Shown here in pieces: positions 1-8,899 of a stretch of 25,227 nucleotides of DNA. The stretch is from contig JAKJGA010000009.1 of the NCBI GenBank assembly GCA_022704645.1, positions 1 to 25,227 on the forward strand. The letters run 5' to 3'. How positions within the stretch are numbered: the first letter of the stretch is position 1; each line of letters begins with the position of its first letter. The position numbers and the translations under genes were made by a program. This DNA is from Spirochaetota bacterium. Its GTDB lineage: Bacteria; Spirochaetota; UBA4802; JAFGJZ01. Below the pieces are notes generated by a model. The model saw only the letters and a list, made by a program, of their open reading frames with translations, was not told the DNA's origin and ran no database searches.

Positions 1-57
1 ATCCGGGTCGATTTTGCTGGCAATAAGTTTGTTTGCCCATTCTTCAATTCTTTTCAT
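1..57 (-). CDS. N-terminal fragment of an unknown protein that runs off the left edge (MKRIEEWANKLIASKIDPD...)
   Basis: ATG at 57..55 on the minus strand, preceded by GGAGGT (rc of 67-72) with a long spacer. The frame stays open to position 1. Only 19 codons are visible. Confidence 0.25.
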   Translation of the reverse strand, partial: MKRIEEWANKLIASKIDPD

Positions 58-271
58 GGTGAATTCACCTCCGAAATATTTGATGTCACTGGAAAATGAA
101 AGGGATTATTTGACAAGCATATAATGAATAAAAATCTAAATCAAGCATAAAGGATTTTAAAACAAAAAATTTGCATGTTGAAATAATAGAAAACGGGATA
201 TTTCATAGTTTTTAATTGCTTGCAGTTGTATTAGAAAATAGAAGAATACAGAAATTATAATATAATTAGCT

Positions 272-309
272 AAAAAAGCTCTCCCCGCAAATTTTATAAC
301 GGGAAGAGC
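272..309 (-). terminator. Rho-independent terminator downstream of the isochorismatase-family gene
   Basis: Read on the minus strand: stem GCTCTTCCCG, 12-nt loop, stem CGGGGAGAGC (one G-U/mismatch), then TTTTTT. It lies immediately 3' of the stop at 320. Confidence 0.55.
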
Positions 310-319
310 ATAGGGGGGC

Positions 320-868
320 TTAAATTAAAGTCAGAAGTTTTTCTGTTTCAGAAATTTCAGCGAAGGCTTCATGCAAAGAAGCTGCAAATGAGGCATTAAC
401 TGCTGAAGCTGGAATACTCATTACGCCGAATTTAAGATCGCAGGCAGCGCAGGCATCATAAGCAAGAACACATTCATAACCGTAATCCTTTGCTGCTCTA
501 ATAGTCGAGTCTATTGAAAGATGACTCATCATTCCGCAAAATATCAATTTAGATATATCATTTGAATATAATAATTCATCAAAATCTGTTCCTTTAAAAG
601 CATTTGAAGAATTTTTGATCAATATTTCTTCTCCCTCAAGCGGTGCAACTGAAGGATGAATTTCAGCACCAACAGAATCCGGAAGACAGAAAGAAAATCC
701 GGGATCTTTTGACAGCTGCTTAACATGAATGACTTTCATGTTGTTTTTTCTTGCTGCAGAAAGAAGCTTTGATGCATTTGATGTAGCTTCTTCTGAACCG
801 AATAATTCTTTTTTCCCGCCCGGAAAAAAATCTTTTTGAATATCTACTAAAACCAATGCAGTCTTCAT
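320..868 (-). CDS. Isochorismatase-family cysteine hydrolase (nicotinamidase/YcaC-like)
   Basis: 182 aa. N-terminal ALVLVDIQKDF motif and overall isochorismatase-like layout. GGAG lies about 8 nt upstream of the ATG. Confidence 0.8.
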   Translation of the reverse strand: MKTALVLVDIQKDFFPGGKKELFGSEEATSNASKLLSAARKNNMKVIHVKQLSKDPGFSFCLPDSVGAEIHPSVAPLEGEEILIKNSSNAFKGTDFDELLYSNDISKLIFCGMMSHLSIDSTIRAAKDYGYECVLAYDACAACDLKFGVMSIPASAVNASFAASLHEAFAEISETEKLLTLI

Positions 869-973
869 TAAAACATCTCCTATAAACTGATATCATTATG
901 ATTCAATAATCTGTTGTTTGTTTCATTTATTTTTCATAAATGAATGAATCTTCTAATATTTCTTTATCGAACA

Positions 974-1531
974 CTAATTCGAATCATTCATTATAGCCTT
1001 TCCTGTTTCCTCCAGCAATCTGCGGACAAATTGTTCTGACCCGTCTATATGGCCGTAATATACAAAATCTGCTAATCCATGCGAAAAAATAGCCATTTTA
1101 AGATAAGTATCTTTGATTTTCTTTTTAGAAAAACCTGAAAACTCTAAAGAATTTGAAACTTTATCAACGGCAAGATTGGTATATGTATCAATTCCATTCA
1201 GATTAACAAAATTAGTGACTTCATTTTTTATTATATTAAAATATTCCTTATTGTTTCTGACAAAGGAAATCAAATTAAGTCCTATGCTTAGAAATTGATT
1301 TGCATCAGGTCTTTTCTTATATAATTCATCTGCAAATATCTTCATGATATTCTTTATAACTTCGTTTTTTAACTCATCAATAGATTCAAAATATGAATAT
1401 ATCGGCCGGCTTGAAACAGAAAGCCTGTCGGCTAATTCTCTTGCGGTTATAGCCGATAATCCTTTTTCTTCAGCTATTCGCATAGCTGTTTGTATTATTT
1501 CTTCCTTTGAAAACTTGGGTTTTGGCGGCAT
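974..1531 (-). CDS. TetR/AcrR-family transcriptional regulator
   Basis: N-terminal HTH (EEIIQTAMRIAEEKGLSAITARELADRLSVSSRPIYSYF). I prefer the start at M18 (MPPKPKF, ATG 1531..1529), which has AAGGGAG 5 nt upstream. The longer ORF to 1582 would put the operator palindromes inside the coding sequence. Confidence 0.8.
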   Translation of the reverse strand: MPPKPKFSKEEIIQTAMRIAEEKGLSAITARELADRLSVSSRPIYSYFESIDELKNEVIKNIMKIFADELYKKRPDANQFLSIGLNLISFVRNNKEYFNIIKNEVTNFVNLNGIDTYTNLAVDKVSNSLEFSGFSKKKIKDTYLKMAIFSHGLADFVYYGHIDGSEQFVRRLLEETGKAIMNDSN

Positions 1532-1560
1532 GCATTCTCCCTTAGCACTGAAAAACAATA

Positions 1561-1590
1561 CGCAACATATGTTGCGCAACACGTGTTGCG
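1561..1590. promoter_or_regulatory. Two overlapping 16-bp perfect palindromes, a putative TetR operator pair
   Basis: CGCAACATATGTTGCG (1561-1576) and CGCAACACGTGTTGCG (1575-1590). They share the CGCAAC/GTTGCG half-sites and sit 30-60 bp upstream of the TetR start. A TTGACA (rc of 1591-1596) abuts them on the minus strand. Confidence 0.55.
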
Positions 1591-1658
1591 TGTCAATGCC
1601 TTTTTCATTTTTTATTGACGTTTAAGTTCTGTCCGGTCGAATGCAATTATAAATTATA

Positions 1659-2075
1659 ATGAGAATTAGTTATAAAGAATTAGTTAAATCAGATTATGTT
1701 CCTTCATTTTCACTTTGGAAAAAAACTGAAGGAATGAGTATAACAAAAGCGGATACTTTGGAAGCTTTTGATTTATTCTTAAATTCGAATCCGGGGATTA
1801 GTTTCGGTGCGTTTGATGAGGATAAGCTGATTGGAACTGTTTTATGCGGAACAGACGGAAGAAGAGGCTATATCTACCATCTTGCCGTAGAAAAGGAATA
1901 CCGGAGAATGAATATTGCTTCGAAATTAGTATCTTTATCTATTGAAGCACTCAAGAAAAATGGAATTGAGAAGTGTCACATTTTCGTATTTAAAAACAAT
2001 GAAGACGGAAATGCTTTTTGGGAAAAATCCGGATGGAAAAAAAGAGATGATATTAATGTTTTTTCATTCGAATAA
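1659..2075 (+). CDS. GNAT-family N-acetyltransferase
   Basis: 138 aa. Acetyl-CoA-binding region LAVEKEYRRMNIASKLVSLSIEALKKNG...HIFVFKNNEDGNAFWEKSGW. Transcribed divergently from the TetR gene. The start is uncertain because there is no clear SD; an internal ATG at 1734 is possible. Confidence 0.7.
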   Translation: MRISYKELVKSDYVPSFSLWKKTEGMSITKADTLEAFDLFLNSNPGISFGAFDEDKLIGTVLCGTDGRRGYIYHLAVEKEYRRMNIASKLVSLSIEALKKNGIEKCHIFVFKNNEDGNAFWEKSGWKKRDDINVFSFE

Positions 2076-2627
2076 AGATTTATTGATGATATTTTCTGCA
2101 CGTAATCTGTTTTTTTCTGCAGAATAATCATCTGTTGATGGTATAAAAACAGAATATTGCTTATTATATTCTGCGTTAATTGTTTTAAAAAAATGTCTCA
2201 TTGTATTTTCAGCGCAGGTAAACATATCTTTATAATTATTTCCGGCGGTAGCGATAATTATACCGGTTTTATTTTTTATAAATTCGTTTCGCTTTTTCAT
2301 TTCCCAAAATAACTGAGCACGGTCTATAAATAATTTTAATTGAGCGGGAACAGTGGAAAAGTAAAGAGGAAATGACACAGTTATAATATCAGCTTCCCTG
2401 ATAAGTTTATAATATTCATTCATAATATCTTCGATGGAGCATTCATCTTTTGTAGAGCAGAAAGAACAAGCAGAACAGGGCCTTATAACTGTTTTAGAAA
2501 GAAATACCTCGTCTGCTTTAATATCAGGAAAATATTTGCTAATTAAGAGTCTGTGAGAATAGCCCGAAAGAGAATCTTCTCTCGGGCTGGTATATACTGA
2601 AAGAAGTTTAATCTTTGATTCGTCCAA
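2064..2627 (-). CDS. Flavodoxin-like / NADPH-dependent FMN reductase family protein with a compact Cys cluster (iron-sulfur flavoprotein, Isf-like)
   Basis: 187 aa. C-x2-C-x2-C-x5-C motif (CSACSFCSTKDEC) followed by a flavodoxin-like core (GIIIATAGNNY). The start overlaps the YacL 3' end by 20 nt. Confidence 0.55.
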   Translation of the reverse strand: MDESKIKLLSVYTSPREDSLSGYSHRLLISKYFPDIKADEVFLSKTVIRPCSACSFCSTKDECSIEDIMNEYYKLIREADIITVSFPLYFSTVPAQLKLFIDRAQLFWEMKKRNEFIKNKTGIIIATAGNNYKDMFTCAENTMRHFFKTINAEYNKQYSVFIPSTDDYSAEKNRLRAENIINKSLFE

Positions 2628-3606
2628 AAATCATTCTGCCGGCAGTTGTCTGTAAAACAGAAGTAACAGTAACCTCAACCTCTGAGTGCATTTTTTTACG
2701 GCCGTTCTCAACGACTACCATCGTTCCGTCTTCAAGGTATCCAATCGCCTGGTTTTGATCCTTTCCTTCTTTAACAAGGCTGACTTTCATTTCTTCACCG
2801 GGAAGAACAACCGGCTTGAGAGAGTTTGCAAGCAGGTTGATGTTGAGAACATGAACACCGTGAAATTCCGCAACTTTATTGAGATTGAAGTCATTTGTCA
2901 CAACTTTCGCATTCATGACTTTTGCCAGTTTAACAAGTTTAGAGTCTACTTCAGGAATATCCGGAAAATCCATATCCGAAATTTTTACTTTTATAGACTG
3001 ATCTTTCTGCATTTTATTGAGAATATCAAGACCGCGTCGGCCTCTGTTTCTTTTTATTGAGTCCGCAGAATCTGCTATCATTTGAAGTTCATTTAAAACA
3101 AAATTCGGAATTACAAGAACTCCTTCTACGAAACCAGTATCACATATGTCGGCTATTCGTCCGTCAATTATCACGGAAGTATCAAGAATCTTATAAGAAA
3201 TAGATCCGTCACTTCCGCCTTCTTTTGAAGGAATGATTCTGTCAAAAAGGGCAAAATCTTCATTCTTGACAGCCATAAATATCATGGAGGCAAAACCGAA
3301 AATATAGACTATATAAAATCTGAGAATACCTACAACTCTGCCGCTTAGAGGAAGTTCTACCGCCGAAAGAGAAACAGAAACTACCAATCCGGCGATTAAT
3401 CCGCATAGAAGTCCCACTGAAGAAGAAAAAAGAATGCGGGCTGAAAAAGAATGCGAAACATATTCAATTACGATAAGAAATAATAATGAAATAATACCGC
3501 CGATTCCTGAAGCTATTGCCGCATAAAACGGCGAATAGACAGAAAAAAACAAATATGCGAAAGACATTCCTATTATTACGAAAAGAAATCTGTATAACTT
3601 AATCAT
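2608..3606 (-). CDS. yacL: YacL-type membrane protein with PIN and TRAM domains
   Basis: N-terminal TM helices, PIN core (KILDTSVIIDGRIADICDTGF...IPNFVLNELQ) and C-terminal TRAM (MHSEVEVTVTSVLQTTAGRMIFGRI). I moved the start to ATG 3606 (MIKLYRF), which is preceded by AAAGGAG at a 6-nt spacing. The longer ORF to 3621 has no SD. Confidence 0.75.
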   Translation of the reverse strand: MIKLYRFLFVIIGMSFAYLFFSVYSPFYAAIASGIGGIISLLFLIVIEYVSHSFSARILFSSSVGLLCGLIAGLVVSVSLSAVELPLSGRVVGILRFYIVYIFGFASMIFMAVKNEDFALFDRIIPSKEGGSDGSISYKILDTSVIIDGRIADICDTGFVEGVLVIPNFVLNELQMIADSADSIKRNRGRRGLDILNKMQKDQSIKVKISDMDFPDIPEVDSKLVKLAKVMNAKVVTNDFNLNKVAEFHGVHVLNINLLANSLKPVVLPGEEMKVSLVKEGKDQNQAIGYLEDGTMVVVENGRKKMHSEVEVTVTSVLQTTAGRMIFGRIKD

Positions 3607-3617
3607 TCCAACTCCTT

Positions 3618-4100
3618 TCAATTAGGGCTCAGTGCTTCTGAAACAACGTTTCCTGCTTCTTCGATATCAATACTTTTTGCGAGGGCTATTTCATGTATAA
3701 GAAGATTATAAGCGTTTTCATAAAGCTTTCTTTCCATAATTGAAAGTTCTTTTTCTCTTCCGCGACGGTAAAGATCTCTTGCTACTTTAGATACTTCATA
3801 GATTGATCCGCTTTTTATCTTGTCTATGTTGTTCTGGTAGCGGAGTTTCCAGTCGTCTTCTCTTTCTGTTTCGCCTTGCGAAATTATTGTGAGAACTTTT
3901 TTAACTTCATTTTTTGAAATAATCGGACGAAGTCCGACCTGATCGGCATTTTTGACAGGAATCATTACTTTCATGCCGTTATTTACAATGGTCATTATGT
4001 AAAATTCAAGTTTTTGTCCTAAAACTTCCTTTTTCTCAATCGCTTCGATTATTCCGACACCGTGCATAGGGTAAACCAATTTATCGCCCTGTTTATACAT
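3618..4100 (-). CDS. CarD/CdnL-family RNA-polymerase-binding transcription factor
   Basis: MYKQGDKLVYPMHGVGIIEAIEKKEVLGQKLEFY matches the CarD_CdnL_TRCF N-terminal domain. AGGAGA lies 7 nt upstream of ATG 4100; the ATG at 4106 is too close to the SD. Confidence 0.8.
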   Translation of the reverse strand: MYKQGDKLVYPMHGVGIIEAIEKKEVLGQKLEFYIMTIVNNGMKVMIPVKNADQVGLRPIISKNEVKKVLTIISQGETEREDDWKLRYQNNIDKIKSGSIYEVSKVARDLYRRGREKELSIMERKLYENAYNLLIHEIALAKSIDIEEAGNVVSEALSPN

Positions 4101-4116
4101 CAACATTCTCCTGATA

Positions 4117-6504
4117 TTAATCTGATAATGCTCCCGAGCGTCTATTTCCGCCCGAAAGACCTTCTTTCTCGAGGTATTTCTCGAGTATTGATTTCATTTT
4201 TCCATGACTACCGTCACACCATTCTTTCGGACCGCCGCCTTTTACGCTGATATCACCTGAAAGTTCTTTGCAGTTTGGTCCCGGAATTTTACCTGTATAT
4301 GCGCAGAATCCGATTTTGATAATTCCTTCCGGTTCAGGCGGAAACTGTCTGCTCGGCATTCCGTTATATATATCTTTCATGTAATGTCCCCAAATCGGAG
4401 CTGCAACGTTTGATCCGGCCTGTCCGCGGCCGAGAGTCATGAACGGTTTATCGTATCCGACCCACACGACTGTAACAACTGCCGGAGTGAATCCGCAAAA
4501 CCAGGCATCTGCGAAACTTGTAGTTGATCCGGTTTTACCTGCAGCAGGTTCATGAAAATCGCAATCTCCTCTTATGGTCGATGCAGCAGTTCCTGCGTCA
4601 ACAACAGTTTGCATCAAAGAACGCATTACATAAGCTACATCTTTTCCAATTATCTGTATTGTATTCTCTTTTTCTTTAATTGCAAGAATATTAGCAACTT
4701 CCTCTTCAATGTTTGCAATTTCGTTTTCGTCACGGTCAAGAACGTATCTTATTGCAAAAGGAATAACATCTCTTCCTTCATTTGCATAAATTGCATATCC
4801 CTGCGCCATTTCGAAAGGAGTTATTTCCGCTGTGCCCAGAGCAAGGGAAGGGTTTGCCCCCAGACGTGAAGGAGGAATTTTCAGCATTTTTGCTGCATAA
4901 TCAATAATTCTTTCAGGACCAACCATATCATAAATTCTGACTGAAACGGTATTTATCGAAGCTGCTAATGCCCTTCTAACACGTACCATTCCTGAAAAAT
5001 CACCTGAATAGTTATCCGGTGACCATGTTTCTCCGTCTGCCGCGATATTCAAAAGAGGAGCGTCTGATATTCCTGTTCCGGGATTTATAACACGGGATTC
5101 AATTCCTGCACCGTAAATAAAAGGCTTAAATGAAGAGCCTGGCTGACGGCGGGCCTGAACTGCACGGTTGAACTGATTGTCGACTGAAAAATCAGAGCCT
5201 CCGACCATGGAGATGATATATCCTGTTGCAGGATCAAGTGATACAAGAGCTCCTTGAACCTTCAGGGAGGATGAAATACTTAGCGCTGTTCCTGTGCGGA
5301 ATATTTCAGCTGTCTTATTGAGGTTGGCTGAATCGCTGAAAAATGTTAGTATATCCATTTCGTCGATTTCATCATCGATAATTTTTTTACGGAGAATAGT
5401 ATCAATGTCATTTTTAATCAAAACATTAGGAAGACTGAAAATGGATCTAAGCGTATAGTATGTTCCGAAAAGACCTCTGTCGACACCTCCGTTAGAATAA
5501 CTGTTTGCTCTTGATGAAATTATATCCTGACGTTCAACACCTTCTTCAAGATATTTTTGTGCCGCAAATTGTTTTTTCAAGTCAAGGGTAGTATAAACGA
5601 TTAGACCGTCTTCATATACTGCTTCTCTGCCGAATCTGCTTTCAAGAATTTGTCTGACATAATCAACAAAATGAGGAGCATTGTTTTCTATCTTTGTATA
5701 AGCAGTTTTTGTCGGAAACTCCATCAAAATTGAATCAATGTATTTCGGCCAGAATTCCGTATAAATCTTATCGGCATATTCTTTTGTAAGATATCCTTCA
5801 TTGACCATTCTTCCTAATATGTCAGGATTTTTCTCATAAGCATTATGCGGATTATCAAGCGGTGAATATCTGCCGGGAGCCGAAGGAAGTGCGGCAAGAA
5901 CGGACGCTTCTGCTGCTGTAAGGTATTTTGCTTCTTTGTTAAAGAATAGTTTAGAAGCAGCGTTAAGTCCGTAACAGCCGTGGCCGAGATAAATCTGATT
6001 GAAATACATTTCAAGAATTTCGTTTTTCGAAAAATATTTTTCAATTTGAAGAGTGAGTATTGCTTCAAGTATTTTTCTTGAGAATTTCTTTTCACCCTGG
6101 GTAAAGAGTCTTTTTGCAAGCTGCTGTGTGATTGTAGATCCGCCCTGTTTTATACGGCCGGCGAGAACATTTTTTGCCATCGCGCGGGATATTGCAAGAG
6201 GATTTATTCCGAAGTGTTCATAGAATTCCTGGTCTTCGGTTGCAAGAAATGCGTTTACAGCTGCTTTCGGTACGTCGTCAAAATCGACGATATCGCGCTG
6301 TTCTTTGAATATTTCTGCTATCAGTTCACCGTTTACATCATATACTCTGGTGGGAACCGACGGTTGAAATTTTTTAAGGTTCTGAAGTCCCGAAAAATTC
6401 TTAACTTCGGAAACGATGTATCCGAAAAAAACTCCGCCTAAGATAGTAATGAGACAGAGAAAAGAATAAATCTTTTTCTCCGGTTTTGAAAAGTGCTGTT
6501 CCAT
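4117..6504 (-). CDS. mrcA: Bifunctional class A penicillin-binding protein (PBP1A; glycosyltransferase plus transpeptidase)
   Basis: 795 aa. N-terminal TM segment, GT51 motifs (FLATEDQEFYEHFGINP, GGSTITQQLAKRLF) and a transpeptidase domain with SxxK (SSFKP) and KTG (AGKTGST). Confidence 0.9.
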   Translation of the reverse strand: MEQHFSKPEKKIYSFLCLITILGGVFFGYIVSEVKNFSGLQNLKKFQPSVPTRVYDVNGELIAEIFKEQRDIVDFDDVPKAAVNAFLATEDQEFYEHFGINPLAISRAMAKNVLAGRIKQGGSTITQQLAKRLFTQGEKKFSRKILEAILTLQIEKYFSKNEILEMYFNQIYLGHGCYGLNAASKLFFNKEAKYLTAAEASVLAALPSAPGRYSPLDNPHNAYEKNPDILGRMVNEGYLTKEYADKIYTEFWPKYIDSILMEFPTKTAYTKIENNAPHFVDYVRQILESRFGREAVYEDGLIVYTTLDLKKQFAAQKYLEEGVERQDIISSRANSYSNGGVDRGLFGTYYTLRSIFSLPNVLIKNDIDTILRKKIIDDEIDEMDILTFFSDSANLNKTAEIFRTGTALSISSSLKVQGALVSLDPATGYIISMVGGSDFSVDNQFNRAVQARRQPGSSFKPFIYGAGIESRVINPGTGISDAPLLNIAADGETWSPDNYSGDFSGMVRVRRALAASINTVSVRIYDMVGPERIIDYAAKMLKIPPSRLGANPSLALGTAEITPFEMAQGYAIYANEGRDVIPFAIRYVLDRDENEIANIEEEVANILAIKEKENTIQIIGKDVAYVMRSLMQTVVDAGTAASTIRGDCDFHEPAAGKTGSTTSFADAWFCGFTPAVVTVVWVGYDKPFMTLGRGQAGSNVAAPIWGHYMKDIYNGMPSRQFPPEPEGIIKIGFCAYTGKIPGPNCKELSGDISVKGGGPKEWCDGSHGKMKSILEKYLEKEGLSGGNRRSGALSD

Positions 6505-6548
6505 TTGAAAATCCTGTAAATATTAAGTTAGCCGTTTAAAATGCTGAA

Positions 6549-6740
6549 TTATCTTCTTTTGCGTGATACTTTTCCGAAAATATAGAAAAGAATTCCGAAA
6601 ACGACGATAATTGCTGCAGCATAAATAACTATCCAAAAAAGTGTTATTGCTATTGAAAAAATAGCAGGAATTATGTATTTCAGCAGTACATAAACAAGAA
6701 CAGCAAGTCCGGTAAGAGTGAGAATGTTTTTAAATTTCAT
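6549..6740 (-). CDS. Small two-helix membrane protein (hypothetical)
   Basis: 63 aa, two hydrophobic helices and a basic C-terminus (RKRR). It fills the gap between htrA and the PBP gene on the same strand. Confidence 0.4.
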   Translation of the reverse strand: MKFKNILTLTGLAVLVYVLLKYIIPAIFSIAITLFWIVIYAAAIIVVFGILFYIFGKVSRKRR

Positions 6741-6748
6741 TTATTCCT

Positions 6749-7870
6749 CTATTTCGCTTTTGCTGTGAGATAAAATTTCATTTTTACGCCTCTGCGCCAG
6801 ACATCAAGTTCAATTTTAGCTCCGGCTCCTGCGCGTTCTATTTCACTTACCAAAAGATTTGCACTGGTAATTTTTTTGCCGTTTACTCCGAAAACGATGT
6901 CGCCCCTCATTAGTCCCGCGTTCTGTGCAGGTCCGCCTTCAACAACGCTGTCTACGACAACTCCGTAATTATAACTCCATCTGTTTTGAACTGCAACTTC
7001 TTTTGTAAGAGGAGCAAGAGATATTCCGATAAAGCCTTTTTGATAGCTTCTTTGTTTTTTCAGTGATTCAAGATTTTCTTTTAATATGTTTACCGGGATT
7101 GCAAAACCAAGTCCAACAGAACCGCCGCTTTGAGAGAAAATCATACGGTTTATTCCGATAACTTCTCCTCTGATGTTTATCAAAGGTCCGCCGGAATTTC
7201 CGCGGTTAATCGACGCATCGGTTTGAAGATAAGGAATTCCTTCTTCATCGATGTTAGTTCTTCCAACTGCACTGATGTTTCCTACTGTGAAACTTTTTGA
7301 TAATCCGTAGGGATTTCCGATCGCGATTGCCCAGTCTCCGACTTTTACGGTAGAAGAATCGGAGAAGAAAACCGGTTTAAATTTTTTAGATGCATTAACT
7401 TTGAGGATTGCAAGATCTTTGTGTTCGTCGTAGCCTTTGACTTCGGCAGAGTATTCTTTGTCTTCTATAACTGCAGTAATCTTGTCAACAACCTGCCTTC
7501 CGTCCGGAGAAATGACATGGAAGTTTGTGCAGATGAAACCGTCTTCAGAAATAATGAATCCGGTTCCCAGACCGGTACGTTTCTGTTCAGTAGGAATGTT
7601 GAAAAACTCGCTCCACATGTCACGGGGAATGCGGACAGTCTGTTCAGTATAAATTGAAACTACTCTGTTTTCATAAAGCTCATATATCTTGCGGAAAACA
7701 TCCTGCATTTCCGACATTTTTACAACATCAGAATCGCTCTTGATAGGTGAATCCCCGTTTGTTATTCCGAATGCGTTTTGATCATTGCTATGTGCGCAGC
7801 AAAAGTAATTTGCAGACAAAATTCCGACAAAAGCTGCTATCGAAATAAAAGTCTTTTTACTCTTCATCAT
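6749..7870 (-). CDS. htrA: HtrA/DegP-family trypsin-like serine protease with a C-terminal PDZ domain
   Basis: Signal peptide. Catalytic-triad context (GTGFIISEDGFICTNFHV; GNSGGPLIN) and a C-terminal PDZ (GDIVFGVNGKKI). Confidence 0.85.
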   Translation of the reverse strand: MMKSKKTFISIAAFVGILSANYFCCAHSNDQNAFGITNGDSPIKSDSDVVKMSEMQDVFRKIYELYENRVVSIYTEQTVRIPRDMWSEFFNIPTEQKRTGLGTGFIISEDGFICTNFHVISPDGRQVVDKITAVIEDKEYSAEVKGYDEHKDLAILKVNASKKFKPVFFSDSSTVKVGDWAIAIGNPYGLSKSFTVGNISAVGRTNIDEEGIPYLQTDASINRGNSGGPLINIRGEVIGINRMIFSQSGGSVGLGFAIPVNILKENLESLKKQRSYQKGFIGISLAPLTKEVAVQNRWSYNYGVVVDSVVEGGPAQNAGLMRGDIVFGVNGKKITSANLLVSEIERAGAGAKIELDVWRRGVKMKFYLTAKAK

Positions 7871-7873
7871 AGG

Positions 7874-8494
7874 TCAAACTCTCGCTATTTTCTTTCCGCT
7901 CATGACTGCTTTTTTAAGCAGTTCTGAAGCATTAGGTTTTGTTCCTGATACATAAGCTACTGTAGAAAAAATATCTTTCAATCCGTTTGCATGAAAAAAA
8001 GAATTTAAATAAGCGCTGAATTTCTCAATTGCCCCGAGGGCAGCTGCACCGACAGGAGATACGGATTTTGCATTAACGGCGAAGATGAATCCTCCGCTTT
8101 GTTTTTTTACGATTTCCGGAATGAAATATTTAACAAGGCAAATAGTTCCGTCAACAGATGAGGATATTTCCTTTTCGACTTCATCAAATGACATGTCGAT
8201 TATATCTTTTCCGTCATGGAGATCGATATTTATCAGAATATAATCCGCCATTTCAAACTGTTTTTTGTAAAGAAGGACAGCGTGAGCGATTTCTTCTTTG
8301 GCAGAAAGATCGCATTTATAGCCGTAATTTCTGATTCTGAGATTTCCAAGCTCTCTTTCAAGCTCAATGAGTTCATTTTTATCGGAATGAAAAATTCCGA
8401 CGTTTGCTCTGTCTTTGGCGACATCAAGAGCAAAATTTCTAGACAGACCGGTAGCTCCGGCAATAAGTACGTTTTTGTTAAAAAAAGTGATCAT
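7874..8494 (-). CDS. Short Rossmann-fold SDR-like protein (degenerate, probably non-catalytic)
   Basis: 206 aa. Glycine-rich NAD(P)-binding loop (VLIAGATGLSRN), but no recognisable NNAG or YxxxK motifs. Separated from htrA by 3 nt. Confidence 0.45.
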   Translation of the reverse strand: MITFFNKNVLIAGATGLSRNFALDVAKDRANVGIFHSDKNELIELERELGNLRIRNYGYKCDLSAKEEIAHAVLLYKKQFEMADYILINIDLHDGKDIIDMSFDEVEKEISSSVDGTICLVKYFIPEIVKKQSGGFIFAVNAKSVSPVGAAALGAIEKFSAYLNSFFHANGLKDIFSTVAYVSGTKPNASELLKKAVMSGKKIARV

Positions 8495-8503
8495 CTACCC
8501 CTC

Positions 8504-8698
8504 TCAATTTTTAAAATAATCATCTTCGGGAACGTAAGCTTTTTCTCTTTCTGTTTTTATTTCTTTTTCGAGGATTCTGCGGTAATCAAAAGACCCGTCC
8601 GAATTAATATTTTTCAGATCGACCTTGTTAGTTTCTTTTTTTTCCGAACAGGATAAAAAAGAAAGAGAGATGCTGAGAATTAATATCAATTTTAACAT
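8504..8698 (-). CDS. Small lipoprotein (hypothetical)
   Basis: Start at M10 gives the signal MLKLILILSISLSFLSC with a lipobox-like LSC, then a charged mature part. No clear SD. Confidence 0.35.
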   Translation of the reverse strand: MLKLILILSISLSFLSCSEKKETNKVDLKNINSDGSFDYRRILEKEIKTEREKAYVPEDDYFKN

Positions 8699-8899
8699 GA
8701 CTGTCTTTTGGACGCTAAACCCCACGTCAATGATAGTTTAACGCGAATGAGACGCAAGCATAAAACTTTTCTCTTTTAAATTTTGGATTTAGATGATTAT
8801 ATATGTTATATTTAGAGAGATGAGTATGATTTTAGAAAATTAATATTGCTTGATTTTGCTGAAATCTTTTCTATGATAGCCCAATTCTACGGAGGAAAC

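Noticed and set aside
103-125. TTGACA ... TATAAT on the plus strand
   Set aside because: The hexamers are only 4 bp apart, so they cannot form a sigma70 promoter. No plus-strand gene follows.
1113-1625. Plus-strand ORFs (61 and 93 aa) overlapping the TetR gene
   Set aside because: They are shadow ORFs antisense to a well-supported TetR CDS. Their sequences are low-complexity and hydrophobic, with no SD.
2686-3060. 124-aa plus-strand ORF inside yacL
   Set aside because: It is antisense to the conserved PIN-domain coding sequence and rich in F/N/I from the AT-rich complement, so it is a typical shadow ORF.
2608-3606. Possible PIN-domain toxin of a toxin-antitoxin pair
   Set aside because: The PIN domain is fused to N-terminal transmembrane helices and a C-terminal TRAM domain, which is the conserved housekeeping YacL architecture. 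There is no small antitoxin gene adjacent.
4552-6441. Several 75-105-aa ORFs on both strands inside the PBP1A gene
   Set aside because: All overlap the 795-aa PBP1A CDS, which has clear GT51 and transpeptidase motifs. None has independent support.
7421-7657. Two overlapping plus-strand ORFs (78 and 71 aa) within htrA
   Set aside because: They are antisense to the protease catalytic-domain coding region and overlap each other in different frames, so they are spurious.
8216-8656. 146-aa plus-strand ORF and 76-aa minus-strand ORF overlapping the SDR-like and small lipoprotein genes
   Set aside because: Low-complexity F/K-rich translation from AT-rich sequence. They conflict with the better-supported minus-strand genes.
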